A DNA stretch of 64,000 bases from Octopus vulgaris (GCA_951406725.2 OX597832.1:12338001-12402000); one strand, 5' to 3'. Counted from the first letter of the stretch, positions 40,136 to 54,391 are shown. Numbers and translations: made by a program. The notes: generated from the sequence alone by a model not told the origin.

Positions 40136-41005
40136 CTCCCTCCCCAATATCTATCTATCTATTTATCTATCTATGTCTGTCTGCCTGTCTGTCTGTCTAT
40201 CTGTCTATCTATCTATCTATATGCATATATGTATATATGTGTGTATGTGTGTACGTGTGTGTGTGTGTGTAGCGTGCGAGAGAGAAAGAGACAGAGAGGG
40301 AGAGAGAGTGAGAAAGAGAGAGAGAGAAAAAAAGTGAGAGAGAGAGAATCAAGCAGATAGACAGCCAGACATACGGAGACAGAGAGACAGAAAGAAAGAT
40401 AGATAGATAGATCGATAGATAGAGAGGCGGGAAGAGAAAGAGTGATATAGAGAAATACTCTAACATATATCTATACACACACATACACATACACATACAC
40501 ACGCGCAAATATAGTTGTGTAGATGCACATACAGAAAGCTAAGATTTATGAAATACGTTTAATGATTGACAGAAATAGTAGTAAACTTCACATGATGTTT
40601 CATTTGAAACTAACAGTCAGTGCTGCAGAGTTCCTCATAATTCCTGATTCCTCCTTCATTTTCTTTGCTTTTGTTATTTTGTATTCTTCAGATCAAATCC
40701 AACAAGTGTTTTTGACATGACTTTTTTTTTTGCTGCTGCTTCTTCTTCTTCTTCTTCTTTCTTCTTCTCCTCCTCCTCCTCCTTCTTCTTCTTCTTCTTC
40801 TTCTTCTTCTTCTTCTTCTTCTTCTTCTTTCTTTTCTCCTTCTTCTTTTCATCTTCTTCTTTTCCTCTTCTTCTTTTCTTCTTCTTTTCTTTTTCTTCTT
40901 CTTTTCTTTTTCTTCTTCTTCTTGACTTCTTCTTTTCTTTTTCTTCTTCTTCTTCTTCTTCTTCCATTTATCCTCCTCTTACTTTTCTTCTTTCCTCTTC
41001 CTTCA

Positions 41006-41058
<53 letters not shown>

Positions 41059-41197
41059 GTGTTACTGTAGGTGGAAGGAGGTCTATATTTACCTTATCTA
41101 AGATTACGTCATAAGCTGTAGATACATCTAAAATAAAAATAAAAATAAAAACTAAATAAAGCACACAAAATTGTTTGACATTGCTGATGGGCCTGGA

Positions 41198-41256
<59 letters not shown>

Positions 41257-42931
41257 TGTATTCAAAGATACAAACATACATACATACGCACACATATTCT
41301 GCTATGAATAACAAAGCTAGCACTGATGTACATGTGTGACTTTGATTTTTTGCAGAATGTAAAATGTGTAACTTCTACATCTCCCTCTATTGAAACAATT
41401 TCGCTTCTCCTTGACAGTATTTCCAAGCTAAGCGTTAGAAACCGAATCTATAAGTTTTGAATACAAATCGATAACTTTTCTGGCTTCAAGTATTCTAGTT
41501 GAGACTTTCAGTGAAAAAGAATGCAAAGTAGTGTTGATCTCAAAAGATCGCCTGAGAACACACATACGCAACACACGCGCACACTCACAAACACACACGT
41601 ATACACACACACTTATATATATACACACACATAAAAAGATAGGGGGAGAGAGAGAAGAATACATATACATAACAACATATATGTGCATATAACATAAATA
41701 TGTATGTGTGTATGAATAACTTCATCTATCTATCTCTCTCTCTCTCTCTTTCTCCCTGTGTGATTGTGTGCGTATGTGTGTGTGTTTGTGTATGTGTGTG
41801 TGTGTGTGTGTGTGTATGTATTGCTCTCCTTATCCAGTAACTCCACCAGATTATTAACAACGGAAGTTAATAGATTTCGTTACGGCGGGAAATCGAAACC
41901 TCATTTTGAATTTGTTTCGTTGACTGAGGGAGATTAACATTAGTACATTTAATCTTATTGATTATCTCATTAATCTGATAATCGCCCTATTTATTTAATG
42001 AAGTTGCATATTATTAATCGTTTATTCTTTGGATATTTATATATATAGCATTTACGTATTTATATATTTTTTATATACAGAGTGTATAGTTTTCTATGTT
42101 AAATTCATATATGGATGAATTGCGGCAAATTTCGATGGTCAATGTCCACCATTATACTCTGTATCAAATTCAATCCGGGCTGTTTTAATTTAAGCCTAGG
42201 CTGGTCATTTTCTAAGACAGGCAGTATGAAGCGAGATTTACCTCTCAATCTTAACATGTTGTTTAAGTTAATAACATCAATATTATCAAATATGACCTTC
42301 CGTTTTAGAGATTGAAGGGTGTAATTTGAGCATGATATGGCTGTTAGTTTGTGTGAATGAGCGACTGTGTGGAAGTTCTTTTTTTTTTTTTACAGATTTC
42401 ATTCATTCGACTGCGGCCATACTTGAGCACCGTTATCAACGGCTATAATCGATTACATTGATTTCAGTAACACTACTTTTATTCTGTCTATTTCTACTTC
42501 CAGCTTACCTAATTTTTAATCCTTTACAGTCTATGTATATAGCAAATCTGATTCTCAATGAATTATAAGTATTTCTCAACACAAAATCAACCACATTCTA
42601 AGTGGATTGTAGCAAAACCGTTTACTAATCATACACATGTGCCTATGTAAAGACAATCTCACACACGCTTACACATAAACTGCATATATTCATATGTATG
42701 ATACATATATATAATTACATATACACAATTTATTTTTATGTATGACGTACCACACCTAGATAATCTAATAATGCAGTGTATTAATACATAGAATTTCAGT
42801 ATAGAATTGTATATATACTTACAGGCAGGTCTAGAGCTCACATACATATACATGCACACACATATACAAAACAACGAACGATAAAGCACACAAGCAAGCA
42901 TATACGTACATACACAGACATACGCACACCT

Positions 42932-42986
<55 letters not shown>

Positions 42987-45588
42987 CATATGCATGTATG
43001 TAGACAGGCACACAGGCACACACGCACACATATATATGCAAACACATTAATATAAATTTCTATGTAATATCTAAATTTGCATACACACACATGGTACATT
43101 CTTAAATCTGTGCGTACACATCATTATATACACTTGCGCACACGCACCAATAGAGGCAAAGATTTTACACAGGAGGTCAGACATATTTTGTTTATTATTA
43201 GAAGCGAGTATATCCCCTTCTTTCTCATCTAGCTGCTCACAACTCTATTCATATTCCCATGTCGTTCCAATGGTTTCAAAATCTCACCAGTTCTGAAGAT
43301 TATGGAAAACATCGTATTAACGAAATCATTTCTCCTGTTTGAATTCCTTACCATCTCCCTCTGAAGGCATTTGTGCTTGCAAAACTCAACTGTTCCGTGA
43401 AACTCTTCAAGAGCCGCGATAGAAAGCCACACACTTTGTATTACGTCATATACGAACACGTGAATGCGTAAACGTCCATTACTCCATGTATGCGTTTCTT
43501 TGATGGTTATTTGTGTGTTCATTACGAGTATGTATCAATGAATATATGAATGTGCGTATATACATAATTCACATTCTCTCTCTCCCACTTTCTCTACGTA
43601 TAGGCATATATCTACACATGTATGTATATGTGTGTGTATGTGTAAATATATACATACACACAGACATACGCACAGAAGCTCACACATATATACATACACA
43701 TACATAAACACATATATACGTACATATATATACGTATATACTGAGCATATATCTATATATCTTGGCCGTTCTTCTTACAGCTCTCGTTGTTGAAGTTATC
43801 CCACGTGATCCCTGCCGGAGTAATACACCCTATTGTTCAAATTATTAAATCTGAGAGTACACAATCCTTTCCTCGTATACCAAGACGTATATTATCCAAC
43901 ATGTCTTCCTTTATACCTGACAGTAAATGCGAACCGCAAAAAGAAAAAAAAGAAAAGTGAAGAATAATGTACTACTGCCGTTTATATCAAATCAGTGTAG
44001 TGATTTGATACTCCCTGATTTTAATGGAACTCCTAACTTGTTCTTTGTATTGTATATAATTGATCGGACTGTTGCGCTTGAAGAGTGCCATGTAAATACG
44101 ACTCGTATTGAACAGGGCATGAGGAAGACTACGTAGGTCATGGTCTCAGCCGTTTCCGATTCACCAGGAAAAATATAAAATAAATTACAACATAATTAAA
44201 GGTAACAAGATGTCAAATGAATAGTGCTACCATAGATCTTTATTAATTTTTTTTAACCTGAATAATCTATTGACTATTAGATAGACTCGGCTAAGTAATA
44301 TATCAAAATAATGGAACGTTCCAATCATAACACAGATCTGCAACTCACTCCTTTTCACACTCATCTCCCCCCTCACACTCTCACACATTCTGTAGCTCCT
44401 CCTCTTCGACCGCTCTTCGTCCTCCTACTTTTTCTGTTACTCAGACTTCCCTCTGTCAAGCCCTCTCTCCATATACACACATATGTACACAAATGCACGC
44501 ATACATACATATTCACACACATAAAGATACATACATGCACATAAACGTTTTTACATATATATGTATATATATTGACTTCTTGTATGACTCTCTTAAGTTA
44601 ATATATATATATATATATAAACACGGAGAGAAAGAGGGGGTGAGACAGAGAAAGAAAAAGAGAGATAGAAAGAGAATAATGGATGCATAATCCATCAAGG
44701 ATTGCTTTATGATTCTCAATTACACAAATTTCGTAGCGATAGTGAGGAGTACATGTTCTTTCCTCCATCAGTATTGTAACATGAATGTCTGGCATGCCTG
44801 CATAATACAGCATTATAGTACTGGAAGCCGAAAGACAGGAGTAAAGGCAACCGTGCAATAGAGTTATAAGAAGGAGGTCCATATGTTATATGTTTACTCA
44901 GACCCAGGAGTATTACACTATTGAGCTATTAACCAGCAACAACATAAAATCACTCCTAACCACATTTGCAAATAGTATTTTACAGATTGGATCGTATGAC
45001 AATCAACGTTTAGAAATATGTTATATTTGAAGCCGCCGTTGTTGTTGTTATCATCGTTGCTATTGTTTTTGCTTTTCTTGCGGTTGATATTTTCGTTTGT
45101 GTGGTTCTTTTCTACACTGTGGTTCTTGGGTGCCTTCAGCATATTGCAGTCAGTTGCAGGCATTCGGAACAGACTCAGCTTCTCAAACCGCCCACGTTTT
45201 TGCTGCAGACACCGATCTACTGCTGCTCAGGTTATGATAATGGCCGTATTTAAATCGCCAGACTGCGAGCATATGCATTGCCTCCATTAACACCGCCACG
45301 TCTCTCTTGTCTGAACTATAAACCCTACCTCACAATACACATCGGAAATAACTAATACCGGATAAGACACGATCCATACCAGACTATTTCTTGTTTTCGT
45401 TTTTTCTCTCAAATATGCCGTAAAAAGTGTAGTTAAGACGTTCACATTGCAGTCATGTGGTTTCGTGATCAGAATTATTGGGCGACAACTTATGCTAATG
45501 TCCACTAATGCTTTGAGAGTGAGTTTGGTAGACATATCGTGTGGAAACCCGTCTTCTATGTGATATATATATATATATATGTGTGTGT

Positions 45589-45629
<41 letters not shown>

Positions 45630-45631
<2 letters not shown>

Positions 45632-45814
45632 ACCTCGTGTGTATCATTGGCGATTTTTTCCTCCGTCTTCCCTTCCTTGAATCTTGTTTTCCTATGTTTC
45701 CGACGAAGAGCTCCGGTCGAAAAGTTAAATTCTCCTTCTTTCTTTCCTTTCCTAAGTGTCCAATAACACTATACTTCTTCCACGTCCTCGCGTTGTTGTG
45801 TTTCCTCTTTGGAT

Positions 45815-45820
<6 letters not shown>
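45630..45820 (+). mobile_element. Penelope-like module with degenerate hammerhead (45696-45730) between (TG)n and (TA)n
   Basis: gttt CcGACGA A GAGC tcc GgTC GAAA agtt aaa: same layout as the 22553 copy, with several substitutions. Confidence 0.45.
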
Positions 45821-45903
<83 letters not shown>

Positions 45904-47416
45904 ATTTGTCCCTCTTGACCGTTTGAAAACATGTGTTGGTGTTTTAGGTTCCAGTAACTTAGCGAATTGGTAAAAGACTATAAGAATAAGTACCACACTG
46001 AAAATGTACCACTGCTGGTAATTTCTTCGACTAAGCCCTTTAAGGTGGTCCTGTAGGTAGGGGGCGCAGTCTAATGAAACAAGGAAAATAAATATATTTA
46101 CGACCATCGTATCGAATGTCTCCTCCAATTTTAAGCAGTTGAGTTGATTTCCTGGAAACTTTGCTATTATTTCTAGCAAATCATACTACCAGATGAGGCA
46201 ACTCAATTCCTTTGTAAGTCACTGTGTTAACAGAATTAGTACAAAATCAGACTCAAATGCCTCTGTCTTTACTTTGCTAACCCAAACTCCAATTGAGGCT
46301 ATTTGGCATCCATCATCTTCACGAGCAACAAAATGACAAGATGTCAGAATCATTAGAGTGCCAGACGAAATACTTTGCATTCCTTTGTCGCAATTTTATG
46401 TTTTGATCTTGAATCCCACCATGGTTGTCTTTACTTTTCAAACATTTCGGGTTTGATGAATTAAAGTTCCAATCAAATGTCGTGATACATGTTCTCGACA
46501 CAACCGTCTCTCAACAGAAACTGATGACCTTGTGACTAAATTAGACATCATCGTTTCTGGTTTCATACATTCTTATTAACGTTGGAATTTTATTAGGACA
46601 TCAGATAAGAAGCCTTGTAGTATGTATTTCTGCTCTCTGCTCTCTGGGATCGATTCCCAGAATGGCGATCCTTATTTCCAAAAGCAAAACAAGTGCCAGT
46701 GAAATAAAATGGGTGATTTCTTGTAACTTTCTTTCCCTTTATACTTCTCTCTCTTAGCCTCTCCGCCTCTGTCCCTTCTCCTCTCCGCTGGAATCTGATA
46801 CTTATTCGAATGAGAGAGAAAAATATATTTACATCGATGTCCCAACAACCCTGTAAGCACTATGTTGTGTACACAATCCTGCAAGGAACAATGGTGACAG
46901 AAAACGCTCCTGATTTACAAAAGTTTTCTTTTAATGTCATAAATTTTGATTTTAGATAAACTCTGTGTCGATTCTTCATTTCTCTTCTGCGATCTATTCT
47001 TCATGTTCGTTTCTCTTCTGTGGTCGATTATATTAGGTGAAAATGTACCAGTCATATAATCGTACCAGTTAAAGACGACTTCTCTTCGATTATAAATGCC
47101 TCTGCTCTGGCGAAAACTCTCATTCCCCCTACATTCGTAGGATGAGCAGAAAGTAATCATGGGATACTCATTCGTTGGACTAATTCAATGAAATATAAAA
47201 TATGTTTTCTCATGTAATAAATCATTATGACAGGTAAAATCTAGCACTTCTGTCAGAAATTTGAGTGAGGGAGTAGTCAATTAAGTTGACTGCAGTATTT
47301 GACTGGATTGAAATATATTGTCCGGCGAGACGGTGGCAAATTGAATTCAACTGTCAGTAAATATTATCATTAATTTTTTTTTCTCTGTTCTTATTTGTAA
47401 ACTTGTTTCAAAATAA

Positions 47417-47849
47417 TCCTTTCTGCTATAGGCAAAAGACCTTGAAGTCTGTACAGAGAAAGTCAATCGATTACGTTGCTCTCAGTGCACAAGAGAAGAA
47501 CGAAAAGCAAATTCAATCTCAGCGAAATTTTGAACACAGAACGTAGAGACGAACAAAATGCCGCGAAGCGTTTTGTTGGATTTGCAAACGATTTTTACCA
47601 GCTCATCGCCTTAAACTTAGTTTTAAATAAACATTACCTTTCTTCCATAGGCACAATGCCACCAGTTTTAAGGATAGAATTAAGTTGATTATATTGATCT
47701 CAGTGTTCAAGTGGTACTTATTTCATCGACCCCAAAATGATGAAAATCAAAATCGACCTAGTCGGAACTTAAACTCAGAACGTAAAGACGTATGAAATGC
47801 CTCGAAATACTTCGTCCGACGTTCTAAAGGTTCTTCCAGCTCACCGTTT
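47417..47849 (-). mobile_element. Two stacked diverged family A SINEs
   Basis: Two minus-strand units bounded by a recurring taaactt.....aaataa 19-mer (47398, 47612, 47850). Confidence 0.75.
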
Positions 47850-47903
47850 TAAACTTATATGAAAATAATCACTTTAGTTTACTATGTTCTCTGGAGGTAG
47901 TAA

Positions 47904-48102
47904 TCTTTTCTACTTTAAGCACAAGGGCCCGAAATTTTGGGGGAGGGAGACAGTCGATTTGATGGACTCCAGTACGCAACTGGTACTTAATTTATCAACC
48001 CTGAAAGGATGAAAGGCGGAATTTAAACTCAGAAGGTAAAAACAAACGAAATACTGCTAAGAATTTCGCTCGGCGTGCTAACGTTTCCGCCAGCTCGTCG
48101 CC
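47904..48102 (-). mobile_element. Family A SINE with TSD
   Basis: TSD ttctctggag(g/t)tagtaa at 47887-47903 and 48103-48119. Confidence 0.9.
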
Positions 48103-48639
48103 TTCTCTGGAGTTAGTAACATTTAGATGCTGCCTTTGTCGTCGATGTTTCTGTCGTAGAGACGGTTAAGGGCAAATTAACAGGTTCGTGTCATCCCTAA
48201 TTCTCACTTATATTTATCTATAAACGACAACATGGCAACACTATGTCTTACGTATGTTACCTGGTGATAATGAGCTTATTGCAAACTGTACTCAGGTGCG
48301 CTACAATGCGTTGCAAAAAGATAAAAGTGAGAACAGAAATCAGCAACAAGTCAAGTAAAGAAAGATAGCAATGACAGCCAAAAGGGCATGCGCAGTGTCA
48401 CAGTAGAGAGAATATAAAACGAAATGATATGTTAAAGAGACAACAATATGAAAGTATGTATACTGACGGAAAAATATTAGTGAATTAAAAAAATAAATGA
48501 AATAGAAAGAAAAAGAAAAAGAAAAGAAAGGCCTGGAGTTTTTTTAATAGATAAAGCGTTTTAGCAGATAATAATCAATGCCTATAGTTTGTTCCGTGCT
48601 TCGTCAATTCTGGGCGTAAGATGTATTTCCGTCCAAAAA

Positions 48640-48858
48640 GGGCGGCGAGCTGGCAGAATCGTTAGCACGCTGGGCGAAATGCTTAGTGGTATTTCGTCTG
48701 CCTTTACGTTCTGAGTTCAAATTCCGCCGAAGTCGACTTTGCTTTTCATCCTTCCGGGGTCGATAAATTAAGTGCCAGCTGCGTACTCGGGTCGATCTAA
48801 TCGACTTGCATCCTCCTCCAAAATTTCGGGCCTTGTGCCTAGAGTAGGAAAAATATAA
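48640..48858 (+). mobile_element. Full-length family A SINE with TSD
   Basis: TSD gtatttccgtc(c/g)aaaa at 48623-48638 and 48859-48874. Confidence 0.92.
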
Positions 48859-48931
48859 GTATTTCCGTCGAAAAGTCGTAGATGACGTGCTTATTTTATT
48901 TTCTATTTTATTTTAGAAGCATGTCCATGAG

Positions 48932-49342
48932 ATATTGGTTTCAAATTTCGGCGCAAAGCCAGAAATTTGAGGGCAAGAAAGAAGTCGATTGAGTTGATCT
49001 CAGTGTTCAACTGGCCCTCATTTTATTCCTCGGTGGAATTTGAACTCAGACCGCAATGACGGACAAAATGCTTCTAAGAATTGTGTCTAGCGTGCTAACG
49101 ATTCTTATTTCTTTATTGCCCACAAGGGGCTAGACATAGAGGGGACAAACAAGGACAGACAAAGGGTTTGTTAATCGATTACATCGACCTCAGTTACGTA
49201 ACTGGTACTTAATTTATCGACCCCGAAAGGAGGAAAGGCAAAGTTGACCTCGGCGTAATTTGAACTCGGAACGTAATGGCAGATGAAATACGGCTACGCA
49301 TTTGGCCCGGCGTGCTAACGATTCTGTCAAACTTACCGCCTT
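48932..49342 (-). mobile_element. Old family A SINE with a younger family A copy inserted in its head
   Basis: cgtgctaacgattct is duplicated at 49091-49105 and 49311-49325; the two units have different tails. Confidence 0.85.
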
Positions 49343-51178
49343 TGGGTGGTAAAGATACTGAATTCAAAAAGATAAACAAAATATGATATTGTATATTTGT
49401 TGGGTTTCTACCGAGTCACCTGCTGGATATAAGAACTGTAGTGTGTCAATGACTACACGTTCAAGATACGGCAAGTGACTGAGGAAAGGTTATGGTATAG
49501 CATGTGTAAAAATAACTTTTATCTGCTTCTATTTCTAGCAGCCTGAGCGACAACGACGCTCTTAGACTTGTTATATCGACCAGCTATATAATGTTGGTTC
49601 CAAATATTCAACACATACAGAAACAGTATCCACTTTATAGGATTTAATATCCGAAAGATATCTTTCAATTGATGTGACAGACAATATACAGAAATATCAC
49701 CATCTCCATGGCAAATACAATAATAAGAGTTATATTTCGTTGTAGTCTATATATAGTGCCATAGGCAGCGATTTACAGTGTCGGTAGTACTGCTAAATCT
49801 CTGAAATAGTGCTATTATATTTCCATTAATGCATAGCGTTATTAAACAACGTCTGACATTTAGTAGATACACATATATAAAACTTACATTATATTATATA
49901 ATAATAGTTAGCTTCAGAGAACGACAAGCCACAAACACAGTTTCCCTAGTATTCACAAACCTTATGTTTTCGGAAGCATTGTGTATCATAGCATTGTAAG
50001 AGTACCACATAAAATGCTGTTTTACGTTTAGTTACGAACCTCCGTGTTCTCTGTTCGAATCTCTCCGTGGTGGGCTGTCGTAAATGATGGTGGATTGGCA
50101 AGATCGGTAAAGCACCAGCAAAAAGTACCTTACGTTATTTCTTCCAGTTGCTTAAGTTCTGTGTTCGAATTCCGCAGAGGTCAACTTTACATTTTATCCT
50201 TCCTGTGTCATAAAACATAGTTTCAGTTGAGTATTGATGTTGACTATCGCCTGCATGCCAAACTCCTGGTCTTGTGCTTAAATCCTACCCATTATTATCT
50301 TGAGGCATTACAAAATCCGATATAAAACATAGTTCAATGGCTGGAGTCTTCATTTTCAATTCTTTACCCTTTGGAATTGAGCTTTCATCCGAATTCACTG
50401 CGTGTGGCATTCCTAAAACTAATGCATAATAAATGTGAAAATGGACTTTGCTCTAAAACACAGAGCGTTATTTTTTTCTGTCTTCTTGCCGATGCTCACG
50501 TCCTTCGTCGATATACATCGGCAAAAGATGAAAGAACTGAGATACAAATACATAAATGTATATAATATAATGAGAAAGACAGAGGGTGATGAAGAAATGG
50601 AAGCTATGAGAAAGTATAATCTTTGCTTTCCACGATCAGATGCTAAAGGATATCAGAGTTCCATAGTTCAATGCAGATTACTTCTAAATATAGTAGAAAC
50701 CGCATATTATCATCAAGGACAATATTATCACACAGTTATTACTGCTATCAAGATTTATGTGACACAAACACGCTCAGGACATATTAAAACATCATCCACT
50801 TTATGTAGTATGCCAGCCATAGTTATCTAAACGTTTCTTCACGAAACGATCATAATAAGCGGCTTCCACTGTAAATCAATATCACCACAGTTCAAATGTG
50901 ACAGTGTAACATTAAGACAGTAGCTTTATCTGCTTCGTACCATTGTACCATATAGAGTTAAGTTTGATGTATTACAGCTAACCATCAAAATAATATATAG
51001 ATGTTTCTTTTAGAGATAACAGTATGCATTACGAAATTAATTAAGCCGATGAGGCAAATCACATTAATTACCCTCTGTATCTTACACTCTCTCTCTCTCC
51101 TTCCTTCTGTTTCTGTCCCTCTCTCTTTTTCTTTCTTTCTCTCTCTCTCACTTTCCTTCTCTTCGACTCCCTCTCTCC

Positions 51179-51233
<55 letters not shown>

Positions 51234-51355
51234 AATATGTATGGTAAGAGCGGGAAAGAGAGAGAGATATATATAAGATAGTTACAGACAAATATATATA
51301 CACATATATATTCACATATACATATATACACACATACTAACAGACAGACTCAGAA

Positions 51356-51388
<33 letters not shown>

Positions 51389-51724
51389 TACACAAACACA
51401 CATATACACATACACACGCACCAACAAACACACACACACATACACAAGCACGCACACACACATACATATGGTACGGTTATAGAGTTTGCTATGTAATTCC
51501 ATTGATATTTCCTTTTAAATGAATATTCGGAGAATTATATTTCTGTACAGCATCGTAGCTAGCCATTCCTAGAAAATCGCAGCCATTTACTACTATATAC
51601 TAACAGATACATATGATACTGGAAAGAATTTTTACCATTCTGTTCCTCTACTTCTTCCTTTCCATCTCTCTTTCTCACTCTGCTCTCTCTTTCAGTCTCA
51701 CGTATCTATACCACCGTGTGTGTG

Positions 51725-51756
<32 letters not shown>

Positions 51757-51759
51757 AAT

Positions 51760-51985
51760 GGAGGCGCAATGGCCCAGTAGTTAGGGCAGCGGACTTGCGA
51801 TCATAGGATCACGGTTTCGATTCCTAGACTAAGCATTGTGAGTGTTTATTGAGCGAAAACACCTAAAGCTCCACGAACTCCGGCAGGGGGTGGTGGCAAT
51901 CCCTGCTGTACTCTTTCGCCGCAGTTTTTAAAACGGCGGTGCATCGGCATGGCCGCAGCTCTGAGCTGAAACTAGAGAAAAAAAA
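51760..51985 (+). mobile_element. Family C SINE (internally shortened)
   Basis: ggaggcgcaatggcccagtagttagggcagcggact...ggtttcgattcc; gagcgaaaacacctaaagctccacg is shared with 1047-1342; A-rich end. Confidence 0.85.
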
Positions 51986-52244
51986 AGATATATATTTATA
52001 CACATACATTATATGTATGTATATCTGCACACACAAATATAAGCGTGTCTAAATGTATGTTATTTGAAGCTGTATCCCCTCTCTTTAGTATGTGCAATGC
52101 CGGTAATGAAGTTCACTCTCAAGAGAGGTTTCATTCTTAGTTGAATGAGTTCTACCGCGTTGTATGACCGGCAACCCTTTTAGTCTATTCTATACCAAAG
52201 AGATGGGAGCGTAAAGGTCATGCAGCCTTGTTATTATTATTATT

Positions 52245-52428
52245 GGGCGAAATGCTTGGTAGCATTATTGTCTGTCTTTGCGTTCTGAGTTCAAATTCTG
52301 CTGAGTCGGACCTTGCCGTACATAATTTCGAGGATCGAAATAAGTACCATTTGAGCACTGGAGTCGATGTAACAGACTTCTCCCTTCTTCAAAATTTCAG
52401 GCCTTGTGCCTATGTTAGAAAAGATTAT
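52245..52428 (+). mobile_element. Diverged family A SINE
   Basis: gggcgaaatgctt...gttctgagttcaaattc...taagtacc...ggccttgtgcct. Confidence 0.8.
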
Positions 52429-52818
52429 TATTTTTATTATTATTATTATTATTTTTATTATTATTTAATTTGCTGTTTACGTGTAATGAAAGGTATCATT
52501 GACGCCTTCAAGTTTCTTTTAAATAATTCACAGACCCCCCCACACACACACACTATGTATATATATATGCCTTTGTTTGGTCATGGAAATATATTTCTGA
52601 AGACGGTTATTCTTTAATGCTACCGGAGTCAGGACCTCATATATAATGAATGGCAGTCGCTGACATCTTTACTAAGTAAATACTGAAACTGTCGAGAGAA
52701 AAAGGGTGAAAGAGAAACAGAGAAGAGGTCTAGAGAGAGGGGAGAAAGAGTGAGAGAGAGAGAGAGGGGAATAGGTGAGATAGTGGAGTGAGGGATAAAG
52801 TGTGAGAAATAGAGAGAA

Positions 52819-52883
<65 letters not shown>

Positions 52884-53200
52884 CCATTAGATAACACACG
52901 ATCTGCTTGTCACAGTGCTACACCGACTCTTGAAATCTCTCATTGCCTCTTTCAAATTGGCTCGATTATTTTCCATTTCTCACCCGCCCAGTCACTCATT
53001 CACCACAGTCATCTGTCTATGTGTCTATATATTAATCTCTCTCTTTCTCTCTTTCACTCTCTTTCACTCTCTCTCCCTCTTTCATTCTCTCTCTCTCTCT
53101 CTGCATGTTTGCATATATATGTTTATATATATATATATATATATATGCATGTATGACATATATCTATATATATATATACATGTATTATGTATGTGCATTG

Positions 53201-53294
<94 letters not shown>

Positions 53295-53488
53295 TCATGC
53301 CAAAACGATAAAAGTTAAACAACTATTTTTGTACTTCATTCTGTGAAGCAGGCATGAGAAACAAGCAAGAAAAGGGCCAGGCTCAGGTAAAATAAGAGCC
53401 GCATTCGGGCCGCATTTTTTGTGCACCAGACACAATACACCATATATACATATGTGTGTGTGTGTGTGTGTCTGTGTATGTATGCATG

Positions 53489-53524
<36 letters not shown>

Positions 53525-54085
53525 CCTTTTCCCTTCGACTGTAATGCTATTACGTAATCCCTTCGTCCTACATTAATTCGAGCAATATCCATGTGCTTTT
53601 CCTTTTTTCCTACATTCATTCATTCATTCGCTCCTTCTCTGAATTAGCTTTCCTACGATTTGCTTAATATAATAAGATATGATGCTGGTTGAACTATTCA
53701 TACAGTGTTTGTTAAATTATAGTATTTTTTGTGTAGCACGATTTCTGATAAGTAATAACCCGTAAGGCGCGCTACTAGAAAAAATTGCCCTCGCCTGTTA
53801 TAGATGTTCTATGCTAGGAAAATAATGCCCACTCGATAAGAATTCCAGCCGAACGGTTTATGCTGAATACTATAGTAGCAGTTTTGCCAGAACAACGGCG
53901 TTTATTACAAATCTACAGAATCCATGAGAAGCGACAGACTTCTTAAACAAAGTAACCGGGGAATGCTAATATTTCACTAATACATAACAGCGAAAAATAT
54001 TTGTAAAAATAACAGCATTTACTACCCAGCTATAAATTCTTCTTCTGCCCCTCTCCTGCCTTCTTGTTCATCTTCTTATAAAGAA

Positions 54086-54391
54086 ATAGATAGATAGATA
54101 GATTTAGATAGATAGCTTTAGATATATATATAGATAGATTTAGATAGATAGCTTTAGACAGATAGATAGATAGACTTAGATAGATAGATTTAGATAGATA
54201 GATTTAGATAGATAGCTTTAGACAGATAGATAGATAGACTTAGATAGATAGATTTAGATAGATAGCTTTAAACAGATAGATAGATAGCTTTAGATAGATA
54301 GATTTAGATAGATAGATAGATAGATAGATTTAGATAGATAGATAGCTTTAGATAGATAGATAGATAGATAGCTTTAGATAGATAGATAGAT
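54086..54391. repeat. (GATA)n tract with ttta/gcttta variants
   Basis: Directly visible. Confidence 0.95.
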
